From positions 8,990,001 through 9,054,000 of the forward strand of contig CATNEN010000001.1 in NCBI GenBank assembly GCA_950097015.1: a stretch of DNA of 64,000 bases. Direction: 5' to 3'. A program made the position numbers and the translations under genes. Below the pieces are notes generated by a model. The model was not told the origin of the DNA and did no database searches. It worked only from the letters and a program-made list of their open reading frames with translations. This DNA is from Macrostomum hystrix (Eukaryota; Animalia; Platyhelminthes). Positions 24,799 to 36,803 of this stretch are shown in pieces (the first letter of the stretch is position 1; every line of letters starts with the position of its first letter).

Positions 24799-24899
24799 TT
24801 TTATAAGTACCCCCGGCACCGCCAACCCCCTGTTTCCTTTCATCTATCCCCGCTTCACTCGTGAAATGAATTCCGTTCCAGAATGTTCTAGAATGTTCT
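24799..24899 (-). promoter_or_regulatory. Hes promoter: TATA box, N-box and 5-unit heat-shock element
   Basis: TATAAAA (minus) at 24799-24805; CACGAG (minus) at 24858-24863; TTCcaGAAtgTTCtaGAAtgTTC at 24876-24898. Confidence 0.72.
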
Positions 24900-26889
24900 G
24901 CAGTTTTAGCTGTCATGTTCAGCCTAGATTCTCCCAAATGTGCCTTATCTAAAAACAAACTTCATAAGCAAACAATTAGATAGATCATCTTCGTTGCAAC
25001 GAGCGTGTGAATTAAAAAATGACTGTCAACACAGGTGGACAGGCGGCTTATTCTGAAGTTCTGACGGGCTTTAAGTTCTCTGAGTCGTTGTTCCCTTTGA
25101 GAAAGCAAACTTCAGAATTTTTAGATAAGGGTCAGCATGGCGTAACCCAGTCCATGGACTGAACACTTCTGCAGCCAGCAGCTTGATCTTCGTAAAAATA
25201 TTTTGTTTTATAAAGTTAAAAAGCGAGAAAACCAAAACCGAATTGATATTTAGAACTGCAGCAGCATTACAGTTGTAGTTAGAATTTTCATAATGTACAG
25301 CGCTAATTTCCTACGGCATTGTCAGTCTTGACGCCACTTTGGCTTAACAACAGCCAGTGAAAAAGTGTTTTTGTCCTTCAAAAAGCCAGTCACACAGCAA
25401 TAGTTAGAAAATCATAAACATATTTCATATATCACATATTTCTCAAACGTAGAATTTGAGAATTCACATTTATTTTGGCTTGAGCAAATCACTTTTTAAG
25501 CTGCAATGCATTGCAAACCTTTGTTTTCACTTTCACTTTCACTTCTCCGTTAATCTAATGCACGTGTGAAATTTCAAACCGATAAACATAAGTTGACACT
25601 GAAATTAATTAGACAAGACGAAATAAATACAAAGACTCATGAGATTTTTTCCTGCCATTTCTTCACGAAAGATAGGGAAAGTTTATTTTGCAAAGCTAAT
25701 TATTATTTCAAGCATTTAATTGCTAGGAATTTCAGCCATGTCATAATTATTTGAGTTGGCATTTGTATTTAGAGTATGTTATATGAATACAGCAGCAAAG
25801 TGTGTTCTTATGAAGTTTGTGTATAGGTTCGGAAATATTTATGCACTGTAGCTACAGTTTTTACAGAAGGCACATTTTTACCATTTTACCTTGAAGTCTC
25901 TTATAGCAGCTCAAGTTCTGTGTTTATCTATATTAGCAAATTTTGAAATGTCAACTAGGGATAAAAAGAGGGCCTCAGTTTAATCAATATTCATAAAGGC
26001 ATTCAGAACAAGATTAGTTTATTCACAGTTAGTCAATCATGTCTTTTTGGTTGGCACTCAACAGGCTGTTGTTGATTGTTGGCCATTCAGCTTCAACACC
26101 AGACTCATATTCTTGGGACTCCTTGTCCTGTTAGATAGGCTCTCCTTGTCCTGTTAGGTGTGAGAGGTGAGACAGTTGGTTTGCTGTTTGTATTTAGATC
26201 TATAGCTAGGCAAGAAGGGGCAGAAGGCTGATAAGAGCTTATAAAGGATTGTTAGCTATATTAGGTTGAATAGGACCACAATTGAGGTAATTATACAGGG
26301 CTGGTATGAACTGTGTATGGGGCTTGAGCATAAATGTACAAGATCTGATAGCTCAAGTGTACACTCTGTACATCAGATAACTCAGTAAAGATAGCTAGCA
26401 ATGCCACAATTCTAGCTAGTGTTATAAAGACCTGGGGAAAATAGTGTTCATAAATAAATAGTCACTAGCTAGAGGAATTTCATAAACAGCAGTTTCAAGG
26501 CAAACAACTGCTCATGCAGTATCAAAACCAATAGCTCAAGGCAAACTGCTGTGCGTGCATTATCAAAACTGAGAGCTCAAGCAACCAGCAAAAAATTTGT
26601 GTGTTGGGTATCATGGGCTGGATTGGGCAAACACTGAGAAATGATTATGTACTCAAGCACTTACCATAGCCTTTAATCATATGTGATTAGTTCTCATATG
26701 CCCTTAGCTATACCATGAGAGTGAAGACAACCAGATGCCACAATTCCAGCTAGTTAGCCAGTGTGATAAAGACCTGGTAAAATAAAGTTGATAAATAAAT
26801 AGTCATTATAATGAATTTTCAGAGCAAAGTTATATACCTGTACAAGACCAAATAACTCTAGTGTACACTAGGATCACTTATATTGCTTG

Positions 26890-27075
26890 TAGAAACAAGA
26901 AGAGAAGAGGAGAATAAAGGCAGGAGAGAAGAGGAGAGGAAAGAAGAGCAGAGGAAAGGAGGGGAGAGGGGGAGAGGAGGGGAAAGAAAGAGGAAAGAAA
27001 AGCAGAGGAAAGGAGGGGAGAGGGGGAGAGGAGAGGAGAAGAGGAGGGGGAGAGGAGAAGAGAAGAGGAGAGAAT
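26890..27075 (+). repeat. Polypurine low-complexity tract
   Basis: Almost pure A/G. Confidence 0.85.
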
Positions 27076-28033
27076 TTGATAAACAGCAGTTTTAAGGCAA
27101 ACTACTGCTCATGCAGTCTCAAAACCAATAGCTCAAGGCAAACTACTGTGCATGCATTATCAAAACTAAGAGCTCAAGCAACCAGCAATTGTGTGTTGGT
27201 ATCTTGGGCTGGGTTGGGCTACCACTAAAAATGATTATTTACTTAAGCACTTACCATAGCCTTTGATCCTATGTGATTAGTTCTCATATGCCCTTAGCTA
27301 TGCCATGAGAGTGAAGACAGCCAGATGCCACAGTTCCAGCTAGTGAGCCAGTGTGATAAAGACCTGGTAAAATAAAGTTGATAAATAAATAGTCATTATA
27401 AGGAAATTTCATAGCAAAGTTATTTACCTGTACCAGACCAAATAACTCTAGTGTACACTGGGATCAATTGTTATTGCTTTGCAGGAGCTAACCAACAATT
27501 TTGGGTTGGGTATCTAGCAAACACTTTACAACAAATGATTAGCCAAGCCTTACCAGTTCTCAGATGCCAGCCTGAAGATAGCAAGCAAAGCCACCATTCC
27601 AGCTTGTGTGATAAGGACCTGTTAAGATGTACTATCCCTCACTGCAGTTTGCTAAGTTTTTACCATCCTTTTAACAGCTTTCACTTTCTTGAATCCTTAA
27701 TTCCTTTCAGGCTCTTCAATTATTTGTAGCCACATTTCACTTTTCTTTTAAGCTTTTAGCTGAAATGGCTCTGACATCATCCATGAGCAATGAGCTGCAG
27801 CTCAGGAGCATTGAGCTAAAAGCTAGGTTTCTCTAGCTAGTGAAACCAAGCTATACACTTTTACCATCCTTTTAACTACCTTAAATCCATTGGAACATTT
27901 AAAACACCCTTGATACACTTATTTTACTCTTATTTACTTCTACTTTTGCAATACCTTTACTTTTACTTATTTACTTTTCAATTTTCAGATTTTCAATTTT
28001 CAATAATACTATTTTTAATACGATAATAATACG

Positions 28034-28372
28034 ATGGATTATCAGCAGCAGCAGCAGCAGCAGCCGAAGAGCGAGCCGAAGAGCGAGATTCAGGAACAGC
28101 AGCAGCCGCAGCCGAAGAGCGAGCCGAAGAGCGAGATTCAGGAACAGCAGCAGCAGCAGCCGAAGAGCGAGCCGAAGAGCGAGATTCAGGAACAGCAGCA
28201 GCCGCAGCCGAAGAGCGAGCCGAAGAGCGAGATTCAGGCGAGCCCTTGGAAGCTGCTGCCCACGACAGTGGACCAGGGGAAGGTAGTGGTGGAAAGAAAA
28301 GGGAGGGGCCGGGGCGGCCACCAATTTCACGCCGCCGAAGGTGCCCCGGTGCCCTCCCTCATAGGCGAATAA
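28034..28372 (+). CDS. Small polyQ/PKSE-repeat ORF inside the CACTA element; function unknown
   Basis: Four QQQ-PKSEPKSEIQE repeats, AATAAA directly after the stop; the homolog at 1026-1228 has a stop codon. Confidence 0.3.
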   Translation: MDYQQQQQQQPKSEPKSEIQEQQQPQPKSEPKSEIQEQQQQQPKSEPKSEIQEQQQPQPKSEPKSEIQASPWKLLPTTVDQGKVVVERKGRGRGGHQFHAAEGAPVPSLIGE

Positions 28373-28629
28373 ATAAATAAGGTTTGTCTAAGCTACCTAT
28401 ATGTGATACCTTTATTCCTTAATTCTTAATCCTTAATCGTTAATTCTTTAAATAAGCGCTATAGTAGTAAAATTATACCCGTTTGCAGGTGTAAGTTTTC
28501 ATTGACTCTGGTAAAACAATATTTACTTTTAGCCATTATAGCACAATTTATAAAAATGCGATTGTCACACTACAATGCTAATGCAATATTACTGTTGTGG
28601 GTTTCGTTACGATAATTCCGTAAATAGTT

Positions 28630-28756
28630 TTCTAGAACTTTCTACCACTTGTTATAACACTCTGTTGTTTCAAGAATCTTCTCTGCGCCTCCCCCGCGGG
28701 CTATCTATGAGAACTTTCTAGAAAGTTCTCCCACTCGCTCCCCAGGCTATAAATAG
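28630..28756 (+). promoter_or_regulatory. Gypsy LTR promoter with three HSEs and a TATA box (repeated in the 3' LTR)
   Basis: TTCtaGAActTTC 28630-28642; TTCaaGAAtcTTC ~28669-28681; GAActTTCtaGAAagTTC 28711-28728; TATAAATA ~28748. Confidence 0.72.
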
Positions 28757-29025
28757 AAACCCCCGCGCGGTGCACACACTCAAAAAACCCTTTCCAGTAT
28801 TTAATAATACTGCTGTTACAAATACACGCTTATCCAGTCGACTGCCGAGTGCTCCTTCGGCGCTATACTTACATTTACCGACACTACAATTGGAATCTCT
28901 GTATTCGTTACTTCAAGAATACAACAGGGATTTTCTGGCGTCGCAAGCAGGATCTTGATCAACTTCGAGGACGTCTAATCTACAACGACTGTCACTATTG
29001 ACCGAAGGATCAAGCTACTACAATC

Positions 29026-32000
29026 ATGCCCGAAACGATGCAAGACGAGGATATAATCAGCCTCCTACGGCAGCAGATGGAAGAAGAGCGCCAACAGCGG
29101 AACGCTGACCGGCAGATGATGCTCGACCTCATTCGGTCTCTAAAGCCTGCAGCGGACCAGTCCCAGGCTGCAGCTTTGCCGACGCATGTGACGACGTCGA
29201 CTCCGAGTTTCTCGCCATTCGACGCCACGTCCGAGCTCTGGCCCGACTACTTGGCCAGATTCTGCACCTTCACGGGCGCGAACTCCATACCCGACGACAA
29301 GAAGGCTCAGGTGTTCCTGACGAACCAGTCTCCGTCTGTCTACAAGCTTCTCTCAAACTTGGCAGCGCAGCAGACGCCGCGGAAGGAGATCAACAAGCTC
29401 ACTATGGACGAGATTGAGAAGTTCATGGAAGAACAGTATGACACCAAGCGCTTCATCGTGCGGGAGCGTTTCCGGTTCTGGAGCGACATGCGGCGGAAAC
29501 CGGGTGAGACGATCCAGGAAATGGCTGCGAGAATCCGCCAGGATGCAACCACCTGCGATTTCTCTTCCATCAAAGATCCACTGGACGAGGCGCTGCGCAC
29601 GCGTTTCATCTGCTCAGTGAGGAACGAAGCAATACTCAAAGCTTTGTTCAAATTAAAGGTGGAAGAGCTCACGTTCGCCCGGGCTGTCGAGATCGCCATC
29701 GAGACAGAGGAAGCCGCCCGAGTCGCCAAGGAGACGGTTTACGGCGACAAATCCAGCCCCGTTAACAAGGTTAAGCAGAAGGTTCGGCGACCCGGAGCCA
29801 CTTCGGCGAAATTTACGACAGATTCTACTGCTTCCAGGTCTACTACTGACTCTGCGTCTGGTTCGTGCTACCGCTGCGGAGCGAAGAACCATCGGGCAAA
29901 CGATTGCCGATTCAAAGACGCGACCTGCCGGCACTGCAAAAAGGTGGGTCACCTAGAACCTGTCTGCCGTTCCAAGGCCAAAGGATCTGCCCCTGCGGCG
30001 AACTTCAAGAAGCCAGTGAAACAGGTCGAGGAGCATGTGCTTGTACATGCTGTAGCCCGAACCGAGGACGACCTGCCTAAGCTGGAAGTGTCGATCCACA
30101 TCCAAGGCAAGGCTCTCGCCATCGAGGTCGACACTGCGACAAACGGCAACTTCATCACAGAGTCATTCTGGAAGAAGCTGGGGACGCCGCCGCTCGAAGT
30201 AGCGATGTCACGCTACGAGTCCGCCAGCCGACACGACTTACCTGTACTAGGTACCTTCGTCGGGAAAACGACATTGCCTGGCTCAGCTCATGAGCACGAC
30301 ATCCAGTACATCGTCACACAGGTGCCCGGCTTGAATCTACTCGGCCGGACCGCCACGAAGCTGTTGGGAATCTCCGTCGACAAACTGCTCGGCGCTGCCA
30401 GCGCCATTCAAGAAGTCAACGCAGTGTTTGACCACCTGCCGCTGGACGAGGCTCTTCAAAAGGCCTGCCGAAATCTTTGCGACGAATTCCCGGACCTGTG
30501 GAAGGACGAGCTGGGTTGCCTCAAGGACTTCAAGCTCGAGTTGCAGTTTAACCCGGATGCAAAGCCGGTGTTCCGGAAGGCTAGGCCTGTCCCCTTCGCC
30601 ATCCGCGAGGAGCTCGAGCGCGCCTACGACGAGGGCATCAGGAGAGGCATCTGGGAGCCTACTGACTTCAATGACTACGGGACGCCCGTGGTCCCCGTGC
30701 GAAAGCCCTCGACCGGCTCAGAGCAGCCGAAACTGCGAGTCTGCGGAGACTACTCGTGCACTATCAACCCGCAGCTGGAAGACAACCGTCACCCGCTGCC
30801 CCTCCCAGAGGAACTGCTACAGAAGCTGGGAGGCAGCTACTGCTTCTCAAAGGTAGATCTGGCCGACGCCTACAACCAGATCGAGTTGGGACCGATGAGT
30901 CAGAGGCGCCTGGCACTGAGCACCCACCGGGGTGTGCTTCTTCAGAAGCGGCTCGCTTTCGGCCCGAAGTCTGCAGTGGGTGAGTTCCAGTTCATCATGG
31001 AAATGGTAGCCGGTGATCTGCCCGGAGTCGTTTTCTACTTGGACGACTACCTGGTCGGCGGCGCGACCGCTGATGAGCATCTCGCAAACCTACGCCGGCT
31101 TTTCCAACGCCTTTCTGACAAGGGACTTCGCTGCCGACGGGAGAAGTGCAAATTCGCCATGCCCAGCATCGAGTACCTTGGCTATGTACTGTCAAAAGAA
31201 GGCATCGCCAAGGGAACCAAGGTGGACGCTGTCCGCGAAATGCCTCCACCAAAGGACGTGTCCAGCCTCCGGTCATTCCTCGGCTCGGTCCAGTTCTACG
31301 CGAAGTTTCTGCCGCCAAGCATGGCCACGATCTCCGAGCCGCTGTACCGGCTCACCAGGAGGGACACACCGTGGACCTGGAAAGACGCAGAGCAGCGGGC
31401 CTTCGACCAGATCAAGGAGGAGCTCTCGTCGGACAACGTGCTGGTCCACTACAATGCCGACCTCCCTCTCGGGCTCTCCTGCGACGCATCCAACGTCGGG
31501 ATCGGCGCCGTCCTGTTCCACCGCTACCCGGATGGTAGCGAGCGGCCGATCGCCAACGCTTCAAAGTCTCTGACGGATGCTCAGCGCCGCTATCCTCAGA
31601 TTCAGAAGGAAGCCCTTTCAATCATCTTCGGCCTATAGAAGTTTTTCCAATACTTGTTCAACCGCAAGTTCATCCTGGTCACGGACCATAAGCCGTTGAT
31701 TTCTCTATTTGGGCCCGAGAAGGAGACACCAGTGATGGCGGCAAACCGGCTGGCACGGTGGGCTAACCTGCTCCACAACTTCACCTACGAAGTCGAGTAC
31801 CGCCAGACCAAGAGTCACGGAAACGCGGATGCCCTGAGTCGCCTGCCAATGGGAGACGACCCAGATTTCGACGGGGAGGAGAGCGCAGCCGACTTCGACA
31901 CGGTCTGCGCGATCAAGGTCCTAAGCTTGCAAATCCAGCCGGCTGACGCCTCAGCCGTGGCCAAAGAATCATCGAGGGACCCGGTGATCTCCACCGTCAT

Positions 32001-33288
32001 GCGCTACTGTCGAGAAGGATGGCCACCAGACAGGCGAGACGAAGACGCCGAGGTGGCCCGCTTACGGAAGGTCAAAGATTCGCTCTCCTGCGGCAACGGG
32101 TGTCTTCTGCATGGCTGTCGTCTTGTGATTCCTCGGAACCTCCGGAATGAGGTGCTGAAAATCCTCCACCTCGGACACTTTGGAATACAGAGGATGAAGC
32201 AGCTGGCTCGATCGGCAGTCTACTGGCCGAACATCGACGACGACGTCGAGCACCTGTGCCACGGCTGCCACAGCTGTGCTGAGCACCAAAATCATCCGCC
32301 AAAGGCCGCCGTCCATCCGTGGATGATGCCTGAGAAGCCTTGGAGTCGCCTACATCTGGATCACGCAGTCAACTTCCTCGGCACCAACTGGCTAGTGCTC
32401 ACGGACGCCTACTCGAAGTACCCGTGCATACACCCGACGCAATCCATGTCAACGCGGGCAACGATCGAGCTTCTGGAAGAAGACTTTGCCCACTTCGGCT
32501 ACCCTCACGCCATCGTCACTGACAATGCAGCGGCATTCATGGCTGAGGAGTTTCAAGCTTGGTGTCGCGAACACGGCATCGCGCACCTCACAGGAGCTCC
32601 GTATCATCCTGCAACAAACGGAGCGGCCGAACGACTGGTTCAGACCTTCAAGAAGGCCCTGAAGAAATCCAGCCTGCCACCTGCCAGGGCGCTACAGCAG
32701 TTCCTGATGCAGTACCGACGGACTCCTGCGGTCAACGGCTACTCTCCGAGCGAACTCCTAAATGGCCGGCAGATCAGGACGCAGATTGATACTCTGCTGC
32801 CATCTCCAGCCCATCTCGCCCAGGATCGCCAAGTCAAGCAGGCCGAAGAGTCCAGAGCTCGGAAAAAGGTGTCTCGCGTCCGAGAAGGCTACAACGTCGG
32901 AGATCCGGTCTACGCTCGCTACTACGGACCACGCCGCGAGAAGGAAGGCCGCTGGGTTCCGGCAGTGGTCACCAAGCGGCACGGCAGCCGCAGCGTCAAC
33001 GTCAAGGTTGTCCCAAGCGGCCCAGTGTGGCGACGGCACTTCGACCAGCTTCAACCGCGACACATGTCCGCGGAAGACAGCGAGCCAGGATCACTGCCGA
33101 CTCAACAAAACGAAACGGCCGGCCACCTGATGCTGCCGGCCACACCAGCGGTGGCACATCCAGGATCTCGACCCAGGCCTCCAGGATGGCGAGCGCCGGA
33201 CCAAGTCCAACACCCGCCGCCCTACGGACCAGATAATCCACGACGGTCGGCTAGGCAGCGAAAGCCACGGCTACAAATGGACTTATAG
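29026..33288 (+). CDS. Gag-Pol polyprotein (two CCHC knuckles, protease, RT, RNase H, integrase) with one in-frame TAG at 31636-31638
   Basis: CYRCGAKNHRANDC and CRHCKKVGHLEPVC; IEVDTA; YLDD; CDASNVGIGAVL; HLGHFG...CHSC; IVTDN; NGAAERLVQTFK; both ORF parts are in the same frame. Confidence 0.95.
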
Positions 33289-34466
33289 ACTTTCTATCAG
33301 CTGTACTCACAGTTTTGGTGGGGAGGTGTTGTGGGTTTCGTTACGATAATTCCGTAAATAGTTTTCTAGAACTTTCTACCACTTGTTATAACACTCTGTT
33401 GTTTCCAGAATCTTCTCTGCGCCTCCCCCGCGGGCTATCTATGAGAACTTTCTAGAAAGTTCTCCCACTCGCTCCCCAGGCTATAAATAGAAACCCCCGC
33501 GCGGTGCACACACTCAAAAAACCCTTTCCAGTATTTAATAATACTGCTGTTACAAATACACGCTTATCCAGTCGACTGCCGAGTGCTCCTTCGGCGCTAT
33601 ACTTACATTTACCGACACTACAATTGGAATCTCTGTATTCGTTACTTCAAGAATACAACAATTACAACGTCGCAAAATGTACTCACATTCAATATGATTG
33701 TAGCCATAATGTCATATGTCGTGTCGTGTCGTGTTCGTGTTTAACCAGAAAATTGCATGAGCCATCCTCCAAGCTTTATAGCAAGTTTATCTGCAAATTT
33801 TAAGAAGCAGATAGCAACTGCGTACGAAGACGAAGACAACCCCTCACTCCACCTTCATGCTGTCCAATAACGAGCTGCTAACACACCTCGAAATATCCCA
33901 CTTCGTCATTTCAGATCGCGCATTTGATTTTGTTCGCATTTTGGCATTTTGGAAGTTGAATATTTTGGAATACATCTTTGCTTGTTGTCTTCCTTTATTT
34001 CACTCATATTTATTTATTAGCTTGATGCACAGCCTAAATTTTTAGCTTCTTAGCTTTAGCTTAGCATGATAACCAACATATTTATCGAGCACTCCTTGCT
34101 TCGTGTTCCTGCACTTGCTCACTTGCTTTGCTTGCCTGCTTTGCTACAATTCGTAGCAAAAGTACATTTTTTCATTTTTACTAACATTTATACTAAGCTG
34201 CTACTAACATTTACACTCCGACCCTTAAGCTGGCTAACACTTAAAAGATTCGCATGCTTACCATCTGACCTCTGTGTCCCTGTAGCTAAGAGCTCAAGTT
34301 CCCACTATTTGCTCCTTATCTCTCCTCACGTCGATAAGGGCGCAAACCTGTCCTGAACAATTTGCAAAGTTTCCTGTTTGCTAAACCCAAATCCAAGTTT
34401 AGAGTTGTGTAGAGTAGATAAGAAAATTTATGAACATGTGGCACTCGTAGAAGGGGATAAACAAGG

Positions 34467-36411
34467 CTAGCTTTCCTGTCCCGTTAGCGGAATGACGTAA
34501 AAAAAGTCGTCATTTTGGGCCGGTCTACTAAGAGCTTTCGGAAGCAGCCAACATTTTTGCCCTGGGCGGCCAGTTGCGATTTCGGATGTTAGGCGGTAAA
34601 CTCCAATCCCAAGTGCCAGAGAGTCGTAAGGATAGTTGTAGACATTGTCGAATTCCTGGAGCACTCTGCCACTTACCATGCCGTCCGGTTTAACTTCATC
34701 AATATGAATGCATGTCGTCCCAACGAAGCAGCAATTGTCACCCTTCTTCGTGCTGAATTCTATAGTTGTTTCTGCTGGCTGGCTGAGGTACATATTTCGT
34801 ACTTGTAGTACTTGACATACTGAATGAGCGGCGACATGCCTGGTGACTTTGACCCTTCTCTTGATTGCTCCCAGATAGCTTTCGAATGGAAATGTACTAA
34901 AATTATTTAAGTTACCTAGCCTTCTAACAAACTGGTCGAGGTGAAGAAGTGCATGAATATTGTAGCTAATTGATTTTTGGCCAAATAAATATCTTTGACA
35001 TCTGTTCGACGAATACCTCGATGCAGCTTTTCGCTGAATCCCATAGATTAGCATACCTTTCCGTGGAATAGCAGTATACGGCGAAGTGCAGTAGGAGAAA
35101 ATTTTTGTAAAACTGTTCCTTAACATATCCCTTAAAAATTATTGGTCCCAGGTAAAGAATAATTTGTCTGAACTCTGTCGCCTTAAAATGGTTAAGACAC
35201 TTATCTATGCGGCGAGGTCTTCTCTGGAAATTAGACGGAGTCCAGCTGGCAATACCGGCAATGATGTCAGACAAAGACTTCATATTCCTGCGACTAAAGC
35301 GGCAGCCTCCTTCTCCAAAATACAAGTGCATTAACCTCCTTACTGCTCCCAGACAAACGGCATGTTGAAAATCCAGAGGAAAACAGTTGACGAAGTCAAT
35401 GTTGGGCAGGTCCAACAGTGGTGACTTGATGACCGCTCCTGTGGCGTCTTTTTTCTGGTTGTTCTCTACTAGGGATCGGTACGCTTCCCCACATCTATTC
35501 TGGCCAGCAGTTACGGAAAATGATACTCCGCTTTCAGCACGCAAGCCCACAGCTCGACAGTAACTGCATCCTAAGTAGCTTGTGTGACCCAGAGTGCACA
35601 TTAAAAAACTGCGGGCAGGGGTGTCGCAGACAAAATAAATAGTGGAGAACATGATGCTGATTTTCTCACTGATTTTGACTGGACCAGACAGAAAGTTTTT
35701 TGCCTCTTGGCAAAACTGTTGCAGGTACTCCTGTACTGGTGGCTTTCCAGTGCCGGCCCAAACAGCCACTGGAAAAGGCTTAGCGAATGCGGATTTAATT
35801 TTCATTAGGAGTGGCCATAGACTAATCGTACTGGATCGATAGAGGGGAAGTCCGTCACTGTTTAGAAATGCGTCGAACTTGTAACACTTGGTTGAACCTT
35901 CATGCAGCAAATTTTCTGGTCGCAGTGTCAACAAATTCTTCGAAAGTAGTTGCTGCAGATTCTCCAGAATAGAAATATAACGAAAGTGCCCGTCTCCCAT
36001 GGCCACCAAGTCACCAGTAGGACAGTTTTCTCTGGCCAGGCGTTCAAATGCTTTGTAAGATTTTGTGACAGGCAAACCAATGTCGCGTAAACCCGCAAGT
36101 AGGAAAGCCATGGCGTCACGGGGAATGTTGTATGTAGAAAAGAACAAAACAAGGAGTGCCTGTAGCCTTACCTCCAAGGGCCGATTGTCTTCATCCTCTT
36201 CGCTGTCCATGTCGTCATCGCTTTGAGTTTCCTGCTCAAACTCGTCGAATTCTACCCTACTAAAATCTTCTTCCGTCTCCATTTCCACATCGCCTTGACT
36301 TGCCGACTGCCCTCCAACCTGGACACTTCTGGGCCCCTCAGCTTCTTCTCTGAACATGGCCAACAAACTCTTGTTTGTCAGTCTCCTAATATTCCTAGAC
36401 GTAGAGGACAT
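34467..36411 (-). pseudogene. EnSpm/CACTA-type transposase with a single frameshift
   Basis: SDGLPLYRSS...LWPLL, CDTPARSF...GHTSYLGCSYC, LDFQHAVCLG, FKATEFRQIILYLGP, YNIHALLHL, FPFESYLG; a 4-bp duplication (AAATAAAT, 34983-34990) shifts the frame. Confidence 0.9.
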
Positions 36412-36803
36412 GCTGTAAATGTTTACTACTGTCTGTACGTCTGTAGTAATTAATATGTAATAGTAAAAGTATGTAATAGTGTAATATTTGTCAACTCTTA
36501 GTCGTAGTTTTAGTCGTGCTCTTAGTCTTGCAACGCACTTTCAATAGCTACACTACAAAGATCCTCCAAAACAAACTGACTCCACTCTCCATAGTCGGCA
36601 CCAATGGCACAATCGGTAGCTAGCGGATAGTGGGTTTACAGGATTTTTCATAACTAACCAATGAGCGCGCGACAAGCCTTCCCACTGTCTAGGCCGTGCA
36701 GTTTGATCTGACATATAAGTAAAGCTTTAGCTTATCTTCGCTCCCCTAACCTCCTGTCGTTCTCAAATTTTCTCAAATCTCAATTCTCAAATATTCTGCA
36801 GAC

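Larger units (their letters stand above)
28593..33660 (+). mobile_element. Full-length Ty3/Gypsy (Mag-like) LTR retrotransposon
   Basis: 334-bp LTRs at 28593-28926 and 33327-33660 (TGTTG...CAACA; one mismatch seen); 5-bp TSD ATTAC; PPT GGTGGGGAGG before the 3' LTR. Confidence 0.97.

Noticed and set aside
31636-31638. Programmed stop-codon readthrough in Gag-Pol
   Set aside because: The stop lies within RNase H at a conserved Lys position rather than at the gag-pol boundary; a point mutation is simpler
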